From: a virus
Length of the DNA stretch: 64,000 nt
Strand: one strand, 5' to 3'
IMG/VR virus record: IMGVR_UViG_3300042387_002391
Shown: positions 55,428 to 64,000 of the stretch, piece by piece
Layout of the letters: each line of letters begins with the position of its first letter
Numbering within the stretch: position 1 is the stretch's first letter
The notes under the pieces: generated by a model
Database searches by the model: none
Seen by the model: the letters and a program-made list of their open reading frames with translations, nothing else
What the model was told of the DNA's origin: nothing
Translations under genes and position numbers: made by a program

Positions 55428-57854
55428 TCAAACTAAAAATTTACGATCCTTTGAACCAAATGGCGTGAAATAAACTTCATGATATTTCATCAAATTCTTT
55501 TCATCATCAAGCCAGAATTTTTCCGCATATGCTCGAGCCTTTTTACAATGTTCTGCGTAAATGCTTTGGTTTTTGAGAACGGTTTTTAGACAGTCAATGA
55601 ACTCTGCACCAGTCTTATATTTTAAAGAAGCATCTTTGTAGGTAACCATATCAGGACATACGCAAGGAAGACCAAGGGCACCCGATTCGATTAATTTAAT
55701 ATTGCTATTGTGCGAAACTATTCCATTAGCAATATAAGACTTTGTAGCTGGAACGCAAATATCATACACAATTTCTTCATCTTCTAGATGCTCGATAGAA
55801 ACAACTTCGTCTTTCCATTGAAATTCTTTGTATGCGTTGCTGTGAGACTTACTGCAAATATTGCGCAAGCGTTGTTTTTTAAATTCGGAAACAAAACCAA
55901 TTTCTTTCTCGTAAATATCGCAACCCTCTCTGGTAATTCTAATATTGTAATGATGACCAGTATAAACTTTTTCGGTTTCCTTCGATTTACCGAATGGTCT
56001 GGTGTACATAGAAATTTCTTTCTTAATTTTGCTATGAATACCAAAGCCAAGTAGTAAAATCTGTATGTCTTTAGCAAATTTTTCTGACTTAGTGCAGAAT
56101 AAAATATCAGTACCATTTCTTCCGACTGTAGCATCGGCTTCAAACAAACCTTTGATAAACTGAGCTACTACCGATTTTCTTGATTGCCAAATAAAGTTCG
56201 GAACAAACAAGTTCTTGCTTTGTTTTCTTGTTGTTAGTCCCATCCATTCAAACATCCTTCTGAGCAATCTAGAGTTACAAGAAATGGTTTGGTGGTTAGT
56301 AAAGTCGTATGTAGATTGATAGCGCTTTGGCTCAATACCTAACTGACTAATTAAATATTTCACATCTTCTATGACTTCTTGGTCTCTGTTGCAGCAAACG
56401 ATCGAAATGCAATTACCAGCTGAAAAATGACCGTCTCCTAAAATGTAGCCAAACAGTCGAGCAAACTCTTCGTTAAATCTCACCAAAGGAGAAATGGCCT
56501 TGTCTTGAATGTGAATAAAGTCTTCGATAGTTATTTTTTTAGTATTCCAAAACGGAAGCTGAATTTCTTGATATGGTAAATTTTCTTCCAATTGATACTT
56601 AGAAAGATTCACGAAATCGCCAATTTTTATGTCTTTCATTTCAGTCCAATCACTGTCTTTTGAAATTCTGTGAGTGATGGTCCCTTTAATCTCATAGCCC
56701 ATTTTTGTGACCACCTTAATAATTTTTTCCGTCTTCGGAGAAATATAGTAAGCATTGCTCTCTTCAAATTTATTGTCCTGAGAAAGCGTCTTAAATTTTA
56801 CATTGTTTTTGTTATTTTGATCAAGCTTACTAACTGAGTTACAGTAGTCTTCAATTTTAATTAATCCCTTTCCTTTAACTTGAATCATCGTGTCGCCCGT
56901 AACGCATTTGCTGCGATTGAAATGATTATCTTGAAGAGCTGCAAAGGTTACCTGTGCTCCAGATTTTGCCATTGCTTCTGGAAACTCGACAAGAGGAGCC
57001 CACGGAAAGAATCTCATTTCTCCGCTATCAATAAATGGCTTGAGAGGAAGTGGATAAGATCCGTAAAAGTGCCATTGAAAATCTTTGCGTGTTTTAATAA
57101 TGTTCGGAACAACAAATTCAAAGTCATCCTTTTGATTAACTCTATTCATTACATCAACATGCGTTCCGGATGCAAAAATAGCAACGATGGGTTTCTTCTT
57201 ATTCTTATCAAACTTCTTAATGAGATCTCCAAGATTATAATAGCGGTCAAACCACCATTTCATCAGATAGTTTGGAACAGTTGTAACATTCTTGTTACCT
57301 GTCTTATTAATCATATAGTCTCTAAAATAATCACAAGTAACCGTGACTTCGTCCATCATAGAAATAATTTCTAAAATGCTGTTACGGATTTCGTCAGAAA
57401 CAAATGCATCTCTATTCCTATTATACATTGGAATGTCTTCATGGAATACGACGTCATCGACTTCATAAATCAGCTTCAGAGGCTTTTGTGTTGAAATTTG
57501 TTTGAGAATTTTAACAAAGTCTCTTTGATGAGGAGTTGCTTGCCTTTGAAGTTTAACAGCTTCGACTGTCTGATAGAATTTTGGATCAAGCACCATTGCT
57601 GTTGATTCCATGATAACTGCTTTCTGATACAAGTTGAGTAAAAGATTTGGAGCCATGCAGCGGTAATATCCACATCCGCCATAATCAGCAAGATAGTTTA
57701 GAGCACGCTTCAAACCTTCTCCGGGAACTTCTGGTGCTGGAACTGGTCTTTGTGCAGGAGAACGGTTAACATATGATGGAGAAGGAATGCCAAATGGAAG
57801 GCCGTGTGGTGCTCCAATCATATTTTGGATGCCTAATTGTACAGGTTGTGACAT
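55428..57854 (-). CDS. glycosyltransferase (GT-B-like) containing a LAGLIDADG intein
   Basis: DYGGCGYYR, YEVDD, FNRSK|..|SNIKLIE. Confidence 0.85.
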   Translation of the reverse strand: MSQPVQLGIQNMIGAPHGLPFGIPSPSYVNRSPAQRPVPAPEVPGEGLKRALNYLADYGGCGYYRCMAPNLLLNLYQKAVIMESTAMVLDPKFYQTVEAVKLQRQATPHQRDFVKILKQISTQKPLKLIYEVDDVVFHEDIPMYNRNRDAFVSDEIRNSILEIISMMDEVTVTCDYFRDYMINKTGNKNVTTVPNYLMKWWFDRYYNLGDLIKKFDKNKKKPIVAIFASGTHVDVMNRVNQKDDFEFVVPNIIKTRKDFQWHFYGSYPLPLKPFIDSGEMRFFPWAPLVEFPEAMAKSGAQVTFAALQDNHFNRSKCVTGDTMIQVKGKGLIKIEDYCNSVSKLDQNNKNNVKFKTLSQDNKFEESNAYYISPKTEKIIKVVTKMGYEIKGTITHRISKDSDWTEMKDIKIGDFVNLSKYQLEENLPYQEIQLPFWNTKKITIEDFIHIQDKAISPLVRFNEEFARLFGYILGDGHFSAGNCISIVCCNRDQEVIEDVKYLISQLGIEPKRYQSTYDFTNHQTISCNSRLLRRMFEWMGLTTRKQSKNLFVPNFIWQSRKSVVAQFIKGLFEADATVGRNGTDILFCTKSEKFAKDIQILLLGFGIHSKIKKEISMYTRPFGKSKETEKVYTGHHYNIRITREGCDIYEKEIGFVSEFKKQRLRNICSKSHSNAYKEFQWKDEVVSIEHLEDEEIVYDICVPATKSYIANGIVSHNSNIKLIESGALGLPCVCPDMVTYKDASLKYKTGAEFIDCLKTVLKNQSIYAEHCKKARAYAEKFWLDDEKNLMKYHEVYFTPFGSKDRKFLV
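55707..56906 (-). mobile_element. full-length intein (400 aa) with LAGLIDADG endonuclease
   Basis: CVTGDT, GTITH, LFGYILGDG, FIKGLFEADA, VYDICV..YIANGIVSHN|S. Confidence 0.95.
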
Positions 57855-57885
57855 AATTTTAATTTATTTGTAATTTGATTTTAAT

Positions 57886-59682
57886 CTAGCTCGTGACGGT
57901 CGAAATTCCGTTTTGTTTTGTAACATGAATAACATGCTCTGCTTTTGAAAGCACTTCTGGTCCTCTGTGAGTAATAATGTAACAAGATTCATTATTTTCA
58001 TTAAACCGCTCACGAAGAACTTTGAGAGTCAAAGAAACGCCTTTATCATCTAGCGAAGAATCAAGAAGCTCATCATAAAAAACCGTGCTAAAATTTACAT
58101 CGCCTTGCAAACGACGAATATCTGCAAAGGCAAACAGGCAGGCGAGGTCAATACGTTTGCGCTCTCCTCCAGAAAAGTTGAAGTAAGACTTTTGTTGTGA
58201 ATTTTCATCAATGATTTCTTCATCAAAGAACTCATTAAACTGACACAAGCAATTTGCTTCAAGCTTTTTAAGATAGTAAGCAATTCTCGAATTAAGAACT
58301 TTGAGAATTTTTTTGACAATGAACGACTTAATTCCTTCTTCAGAAAGAACGAATTTTACCGTTTCAAGAATATTCAGTTCGTTGTTGAGCTTATCCACAT
58401 TTGCTTTTGACTCCACAGCAACATTTTTAAGCGTCGTAATTTTTCCTTTGAGGTCATTATTGTGTTCTTTAGAAGCGCATTTTATGTCGTCTTCAACTTC
58501 GTTTAAATTGCCTTCCAAATGCTTAATACTAATCTGTAGTGAATTTACGTCAGAATGTTGTTTTTGAATGGAAGACTTTTTAGTATTCAGCTCTTCTCGC
58601 TCTTCTCTTAATTTTTTTGCATTTTCATTGACTGAAGAAACTGATTCACCAACTACGACTTTTGCCTTTTCGTATGTTTGGATTGTTTCTTGATGCTTTG
58701 CAATTAAATCTTGAACATGCTTTACATGCTCTTCAGAGTATTCTCTGTTACAAGTCGGGCAAGAGTCTTTGTTTGTTTGCAGTTGTTTAATTTGCTTGTT
58801 CTCTGCATTGATTTCTGCATCAATCTTATGAATTTTAGATTGCAAAGAAGTTTGTTTTTCTTGCAAAGTATTCAAAGATTCTTTTACTTTTAAAAGTTGT
58901 TCATCAATCTCTTTATCAGAAACAATTTGATATTTTGCTAACTGCTCTTTGAGATTAGAAATATCTACTATCAACTTAGCCTTCTTATCGCTAAGTTTAT
59001 TGACTCTTTCTTGTTTGATAGTTTCGTAGTTGTCAAATTGAGATTGGTTGAAATTTAGTTCGTTTTCTGTTTGCTCAAATTTTGAATAAGCAATTTCATA
59101 GTCCTTTTTTGCAATACTATGATCATCTCGAGCCTTCAAAACCATTTGTGTAAAAACTTCTAGACCAAGAACGCTCTCGATAAATTTTCTCCTATCAGTC
59201 TTCGGTAGCGCCATAAAGGGCTGCGCATTATTTGCTGACATGATAACAGAGTTTTGAAAGACAGTTGCTGGCGTATGAATCAAATCCTGAATAAATGCAT
59301 TTGTTTTAGCAAGTGTTGATCTCGTAACATCTTCTCCGTTCTTAAAGAGTTGGCATTTTGTTGGACCAAGCTTTCTGCAAATTTTATAAGTGTCCGTAAC
59401 ATTATTAGAAGTTACATCAAACTCCAAAGAAACTTCACAGCGCTTTTGAGTAAAGCTGTTTTGAATAAAATCCTTAGGAATCTCCCTAAGTGTTGTGCCG
59501 TAAAGCGAATAATAAAGAAATTCTGTAATGCCGCTCTTCCCAGCAGCATTTTTAGAATCTTCTTTATCGAGATTTGTTCCGACAATAGCATTGACTCCTG
59601 GTCTAAGATCGACTTTTACAGGAACATCACCAAACGACAAAAAATTTCTTCCTTCTAAAGTCTTAAAATTAATAAAACGCAT
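57886..59682 (-). CDS. SbcC/Rad50-like recombination endonuclease subunit (T4 gp46-like)
   Basis: NFLSFG, NAAGKS, CPTC hook, FSGGE, DE, ITH. Confidence 0.95.
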   Translation of the reverse strand: MRFINFKTLEGRNFLSFGDVPVKVDLRPGVNAIVGTNLDKEDSKNAAGKSGITEFLYYSLYGTTLREIPKDFIQNSFTQKRCEVSLEFDVTSNNVTDTYKICRKLGPTKCQLFKNGEDVTRSTLAKTNAFIQDLIHTPATVFQNSVIMSANNAQPFMALPKTDRRKFIESVLGLEVFTQMVLKARDDHSIAKKDYEIAYSKFEQTENELNFNQSQFDNYETIKQERVNKLSDKKAKLIVDISNLKEQLAKYQIVSDKEIDEQLLKVKESLNTLQEKQTSLQSKIHKIDAEINAENKQIKQLQTNKDSCPTCNREYSEEHVKHVQDLIAKHQETIQTYEKAKVVVGESVSSVNENAKKLREEREELNTKKSSIQKQHSDVNSLQISIKHLEGNLNEVEDDIKCASKEHNNDLKGKITTLKNVAVESKANVDKLNNELNILETVKFVLSEEGIKSFIVKKILKVLNSRIAYYLKKLEANCLCQFNEFFDEEIIDENSQQKSYFNFSGGERKRIDLACLFAFADIRRLQGDVNFSTVFYDELLDSSLDDKGVSLTLKVLRERFNENNESCYIITHRGPEVLSKAEHVIHVTKQNGISTVTS

Positions 59683-59707
59683 TGACGAATTATATGTTAT
59701 GTTACTC

Positions 59708-60400
59708 CTAAATCAAGTCTTTTAGAAAATTATTCAACTTAGTGAGATCCATTGTAGTGTTTTGAGGAGCTTGAGGAGGTCTAGTTGATAAACCAACACT
59801 GCTATTTGTCTTTAGTGCAAGATCATAAATTGATTTTGTTTCTGTTCCAACATTGAAAACTCCTTGAGCCTTATTATTGATAAGTTTAACAACAAGACCA
59901 GCAATAACATCAACATAATCACAATTCGTTTGAACATCCGACCAAGCCTTCTCATAAGGAAAAGGATTTGGTTTATGAGACAATCTGCAAATCAAATAAT
60001 CATTACTTCTCAGTTGAACCAGAGCATCTCCAATGAGTTTAGTGTAACCGTAAAAGGTTCCAAGATGAACAGGAACTCCTTCTTCTGAACAATTTTCTTC
60101 AGAGCCAGCATAAACATAATCTGTTGAAATATGTACGAGTTTCTTAGAAGTTTTGTTGCAGTAGTCAATTAGTTCATCCAGCGCTTTAACGTTTGTGCTC
60201 CAACTTTCCTCTCTATTTTCTTCGTATGTTTTTGTGAAAGCAATACAATTGATAACAACATCGTAGCAAATGAGCTTGTAGCTCCATCCTGCAAGATCTA
60301 CAAAATCAATCGAGTCTTTCTTTCTACTAAGAACGTCCCAATTTGTTTGGCTTGCTAGTTCTTTGCCGAACAAGCCGTCACCTAAAATAACAGCATTCAC
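59708..60400 (-). CDS. dTDP-4-dehydrorhamnose reductase-like SDR (RmlD-like)
   Basis: GDGLFG, HISTDYVY, YGYTK. Confidence 0.85.
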   Translation of the reverse strand: MNAVILGDGLFGKELASQTNWDVLSRKKDSIDFVDLAGWSYKLICYDVVINCIAFTKTYEENREESWSTNVKALDELIDYCNKTSKKLVHISTDYVYAGSEENCSEEGVPVHLGTFYGYTKLIGDALVQLRSNDYLICRLSHKPNPFPYEKAWSDVQTNCDYVDVIAGLVVKLINNKAQGVFNVGTETKSIYDLALKTNSSVGLSTRPPQAPQNTTMDLTKLNNFLKDLI

Positions 60401-60945
60401 TTTTTAAACAAAACTCCGAGACCAAAATGTTCAGTAATGTTATAAAAACCAACATCATGCTTTGCTGAGATATCTTGACATACACGATAAATTTCTGGAA
60501 AAGAAACTGTATCATGCAAAATTACGACATCACTGTGCTGAATAGCCCAATCTGCACAAGCAAAGGTCGGATCATATTCATGAACAATGTCGATGTGAAT
60601 GAGATCATAGCGATTGTTATTGTCTTTAATAAAGTCTTCAAAAGAAGATCGGACAATTTCTACATTGGTTCCGTCAAATGAATTTTTAACAGTATTATAA
60701 AATTTGTCACCTTGCGCGTGATTAATATGTGCGTCTCCAACGAAAGAATCCACACCAACAACTTTGTTAAAAGCCTGCGAAAGAATATCAGAACTATAAC
60801 CATGATCTACTCCAAATTCTAGAGCAATGTCCTGCTTCAGGTTAAATTGTTTAATAATCGGAAAGATATAATCTTCTAGTCCTATCCAGGCAGTTGATAT
60901 ATTAGTTCTACGTTTTAGTTCCCACGGCTGTCTTGTTATTGACAT
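60397..60945 (-). CDS. class I SAM methyltransferase
   Basis: LEFGVDHGYS, DLIHID..HEY, HDT. Confidence 0.85.
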   Translation of the reverse strand: MSITRQPWELKRRTNISTAWIGLEDYIFPIIKQFNLKQDIALEFGVDHGYSSDILSQAFNKVVGVDSFVGDAHINHAQGDKFYNTVKNSFDGTNVEIVRSSFEDFIKDNNNRYDLIHIDIVHEYDPTFACADWAIQHSDVVILHDTVSFPEIYRVCQDISAKHDVGFYNITEHFGLGVLFKK

Positions 60946-60948
60946 AAG

Positions 60949-61596
60949 TTAAAATTTATAATTTGATTCTTCATAAACCGCTCCATAAAGATCTTTTCCA
61001 GCTGTGTGTAAGTTGCAAGGAGTGCAAGCGCTATTCAACAACCAAAATTCACAATACCATCTTGGATCGTTAACAGAACCTCTCTTCAAGCCTTCTTCAA
61101 AAGTTGGCAGAGTCTTAATATAGTTACTGTTAGCCCACCAAAAATTACCCGAGTAGTGATTCATCGGCTTATTATAAAGATCTACTCCAACTGTATCATG
61201 CTCCTTAAGTTTTTCTAAACAATTTGAATATTGTTCGATTAAAAAGTATTCCATGTAGTTTACCCAAGACTCGATGTTTTTATTTTTACCTCTTGATACT
61301 CCTTTACTGTGCAAATACAAAACCTGGACGTCCTGTGCACTTTGACAAAAGTCTTGAATTGTTTTAAGAGTATTCATCTCTCCTTTTATGTCACTAGAAA
61401 AACAAGTTGTTTTAACTTTTTTTAAAAAATTTATTTTTGTTTTATATCTTTCGACCTTATCATCTCCTACCAAAACAACGTTAACATTGTTGCAGGCATC
61501 AAGCAAACCAGACTCTTGAATTTTGTTGTATGTTTTAAGGAATCTGTCAACACAATCATTGACACAATACATATGATAAAAAATTTCAATGCTCAT
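60949..61596 (-). CDS. glycosyltransferase-associated conserved protein
   Basis: LYLHSKG, HYSGNFWWA. Confidence 0.65.
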   Translation of the reverse strand: MSIEIFYHMYCVNDCVDRFLKTYNKIQESGLLDACNNVNVVLVGDDKVERYKTKINFLKKVKTTCFSSDIKGEMNTLKTIQDFCQSAQDVQVLYLHSKGVSRGKNKNIESWVNYMEYFLIEQYSNCLEKLKEHDTVGVDLYNKPMNHYSGNFWWANSNYIKTLPTFEEGLKRGSVNDPRWYCEFWLLNSACTPCNLHTAGKDLYGAVYEESNYKF

Positions 61597-62446
61597 GAGT
61601 TGTGATCGTTTTTATAAAATTTGAGGCCATTGCCTTCGTTGTGTTATTATTCAGAAAGTGTTCTTCAAATTTACTTGCGTATTTTTCATAAACGTTAGGT
61701 GCACTGTTCGATTTAGAATCAGAAAATATGTCCAAGCACAGTTGTTTAGGAAAAGAAGCCATTGTCAGTTCCGGACACTTATCTATGTTTATGAAATAAG
61801 GCAAACAACCATTTGCCAAAATCTCATAGTGTCTCATGCAATCCCAACCAGCCTTCTTGATCGTTACCGCAAAGCAAGACTCTTGATATCCTTTGTAGTA
61901 ATCTGTTTCATTATTATAAATATAAGTTGAACGATCTCTCGGATCACAAATGGCGACATCTCTTGTTTTATTTTTAACAAAATTTACTTTACATATCGGA
62001 ATAGCAAATGAAATCGGAAATAGTCTTTCGTGCTTATAAACAAGTTCTCTTTTGAAGTATAGAATACCGAGATCAAAAACTTTATGAATGTTTGTTTCGT
62101 CTTCTCCATCAACTGCGATAACTTTATTCTTCGGATAGTGTTCTAAAATTTGTTGAATGTGATCACTGCATCTCCAAATAGAACCATAAACAATGTAGTC
62201 AAAATATTTGTTTTTAATCTTCGAAGTAATGTCTGTTCTATCTACTTCAATATCTGGAAGAATTCTCGTAACCGACATGCCCATTCCGTAGAGCTTCTTT
62301 GCTGCATCCTCATCATAAGAAACATAATTGTGATCTCTCTTATTATAATCAACAACGTCTGCTCCAAATAGCTCTCTTAAACCAATCAACAAGCAATCAT
62401 CTTGATAATCGACATGGTCTCCTTTTGTCAAATACAAAATTTTCAT
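61586..62446 (-). CDS. putative glycosyltransferase
   Basis: DGED, YFKREL, KKAGWDCMRHYEILANGC. Confidence 0.7.
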   Translation of the reverse strand: MKILYLTKGDHVDYQDDCLLIGLRELFGADVVDYNKRDHNYVSYDEDAAKKLYGMGMSVTRILPDIEVDRTDITSKIKNKYFDYIVYGSIWRCSDHIQQILEHYPKNKVIAVDGEDETNIHKVFDLGILYFKRELVYKHERLFPISFAIPICKVNFVKNKTRDVAICDPRDRSTYIYNNETDYYKGYQESCFAVTIKKAGWDCMRHYEILANGCLPYFINIDKCPELTMASFPKQLCLDIFSDSKSNSAPNVYEKYASKFEEHFLNNNTTKAMASNFIKTITTHEH

Positions 62447-63198
62447 ATTTGATTTAATTTAAAAGTTTTAAAATTCGTATTAATCTTCGCATCTTTAGGA
62501 ACGCACAAAAAGTCTGCTGGATATTTTGTCATCATTTGGTACATATCATATTGCAAATCTTCCTTAATAAAAGAAACGAGTTCGTCAGGCGTATAACCAA
62601 ATTTTGCTAATTGAAAATCTTCAATCTCGACAATCATTACTGGTTTGTCTTTCAGAATTTTATTTTTGGCTCCTTTTAGCACAGGCAACTCACAACCTTG
62701 CACATCGAGCTTGATAAAATTAATTTTGGGTAGTTCTAAAGCATCGACAACGACCATTTTAACTTGTTGTCCAACATTATTTTTTGATATGGACGTATCT
62801 CCGTGATTGATAGACTCCCCTGGACTTGTATTTGGCTCTGAAATAAAAACTTCTTGCTCTGTGTCACCTACAGCATTATTCATCACCTGAATGTTCGACA
62901 GTCTATTCAGATGAGCATTTGCATTAACTTGATGATAGAACAAATTCATTGGCTCAAAAGAAAATACCGATCCTTCTTTTGTCAAAAGACCCATTGTTAC
63001 AGAATGGTAACCAAAATTAGCTCCGATATCCAAGCAGTTATGCGTTGGCTTCAAATAACCAACAAGAAGTTCTGTAATATGTTCTTCCCAGCAACCTTCT
63101 CTTTTAATTGTATCTCCAATCGCATCGTTTGATAAAAATACATAATTCTTATAAAGACCAAATTCTGTTAAACTAATTGTTGTAAACATTGAGCTCAT
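62443..63198 (-). CDS. FkbM family methyltransferase
   Basis: DIGANFG, FEP, IKLDVQGCE. Confidence 0.92.
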   Translation of the reverse strand: MSSMFTTISLTEFGLYKNYVFLSNDAIGDTIKREGCWEEHITELLVGYLKPTHNCLDIGANFGYHSVTMGLLTKEGSVFSFEPMNLFYHQVNANAHLNRLSNIQVMNNAVGDTEQEVFISEPNTSPGESINHGDTSISKNNVGQQVKMVVVDALELPKINFIKLDVQGCELPVLKGAKNKILKDKPVMIVEIEDFQLAKFGYTPDELVSFIKEDLQYDMYQMMTKYPADFLCVPKDAKINTNFKTFKLNQI

Positions 63199-64000
63199 TT
63201 TAAAAATATTTCTTCGAAGCGCTTCATTACGTTTTTTGGTGAAAATTGTTCAACGATTGTTTTACAATCTGCAGGAGTTATTTTATCATGTCGCTTTTTA
63301 AGGTTCGTGAGAATTACATTAAGCTGGCTTCCGTTCTCATACCAAATTCCTTTATCATTCAACAATTCAATATGATGCTTATCAAGACCACCTTTCCAGC
63401 TAATAACAGGCTTTCCTCCATGCAGGAACTCACAAATTGCAAGACCAAAGCTCTCGCCATGATTTCTTCCGTGAATCATGTAATCACAGGTGTTAATAAA
63501 GTTAGATTTATTCTGAAGATTATGTGTTCCGTTAACATGAATAATATTTGGATGCTCTGGTCCAAACGGTCTTGTGTTCATAAACAAGAAAACAATGTCT
63601 TTTTTGATTTGTAAAACGTTATAAATTTCTTGGTGAACAAACGAAAGGTCAAATTCGCTTTGGCCACCATATCTTCCGATAACAATATTATCTTTTGGAA
63701 TATTGAGTGCTTCTCTGTAATTTTCACTTGGTTCTGGCAAGGAAACGATGTGAGGCACATAACTACCTTCCATGTTCATTTTGCTTGCTAGCCACTTTGA
63801 AACATATGCGTATTTGTCTCCATGAATATCTTTATTTTGGAATACTACATGAATCAAATTTTTGGCATTCGGAACAACCTTGCCGTCATTATCTCCAGCT
63901 TTAATATAATAAACGCAAACAATATTTTTATCTTCAACAAATTGATAGCAATCTTTGAAATCTTCATACAAAAACACTTCAAAGCGCTTTTCAAATTTTT
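63195..64000 (-). CDS. glycosyltransferase (GT4-like), start probably beyond window
   Basis: GRYGG, HGR..GESFGLAICE. Confidence 0.8.
   Translation of the reverse strand, partial: KFEKRFEVFLYEDFKDCYQFVEDKNIVCVYYIKAGDNDGKVVPNAKNLIHVVFQNKDIHGDKYAYVSKWLASKMNMEGSYVPHIVSLPEPSENYREALNIPKDNIVIGRYGGQSEFDLSFVHQEIYNVLQIKKDIVFLFMNTRPFGPEHPNIIHVNGTHNLQNKSNFINTCDYMIHGRNHGESFGLAICEFLHGGKPVISWKGGLDKHHIELLNDKGIWYENGSQLNVILTNLKKRHDKITPADCKTIVEQFSPKNVMKRFEEIFLK

Noticed and set aside
1631-63904. Numerous short plus-strand and nested ORFs in the ORF track
   Set aside because: They are antisense or alternate-frame shadows of well-supported genes, with no motifs; only 25126..26988 and 35995..36738 were accepted on the plus strand.
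1-64000. Stop-codon reassignment
   Set aside because: Core genes are full length in code 11 and end in TAA, TGA and TAG; the gene breaks involve separate ORFs rather than in-frame stops.
1-64000. CRISPR arrays, tRNA or rRNA genes
   Set aside because: No regularly spaced repeats or cloverleaf sequences were noticed; intergenic spaces are short. Not checked computationally.

Overview
AT-rich 64-kb segment of a large T4-like myovirus genome (standard genetic code, almost all genes on the minus strand, few Shine-Dalgarno sites). In window order it holds: about 24 kb of small accessory genes (a TnpB-only IS200/IS605 element, RNA ligase, phosphoesterases, deaminases, ThyX, ART-like and zincin proteins); tail tube, sheath and tail completion genes; terminase; a replication block (clamp, FolE2, gp32, DHH, gp41, UvsX, family B polymerase, gp46); and a glycan-modification cluster. 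The most striking feature is 'genes in pieces'. The large terminase is encoded as three ORFs joined by two atypically split inteins and also carries two contiguous mini-inteins. The DNA polymerase is encoded as three ORFs separated by free-standing HNH genes, with no complete split intein at either break. The first break carries a 16 aa plus about 38 aa bipartite peptide resembling only the N-terminal part of an intein (a possible non-splicing clasp), and the second lies at the fingers coiled-coil tip. The three interrupting nuclease genes have late-promoter/hairpin arrangements at their starts. Other notable items are a LAGLIDADG intein in a glycosyltransferase, a tandem 1.65-kb cassette with conserved ends and diverged GNAT-like/partner cores, and several putative capsid-packaged effectors. 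All calls come from reading motifs by eye; no database searches were run.
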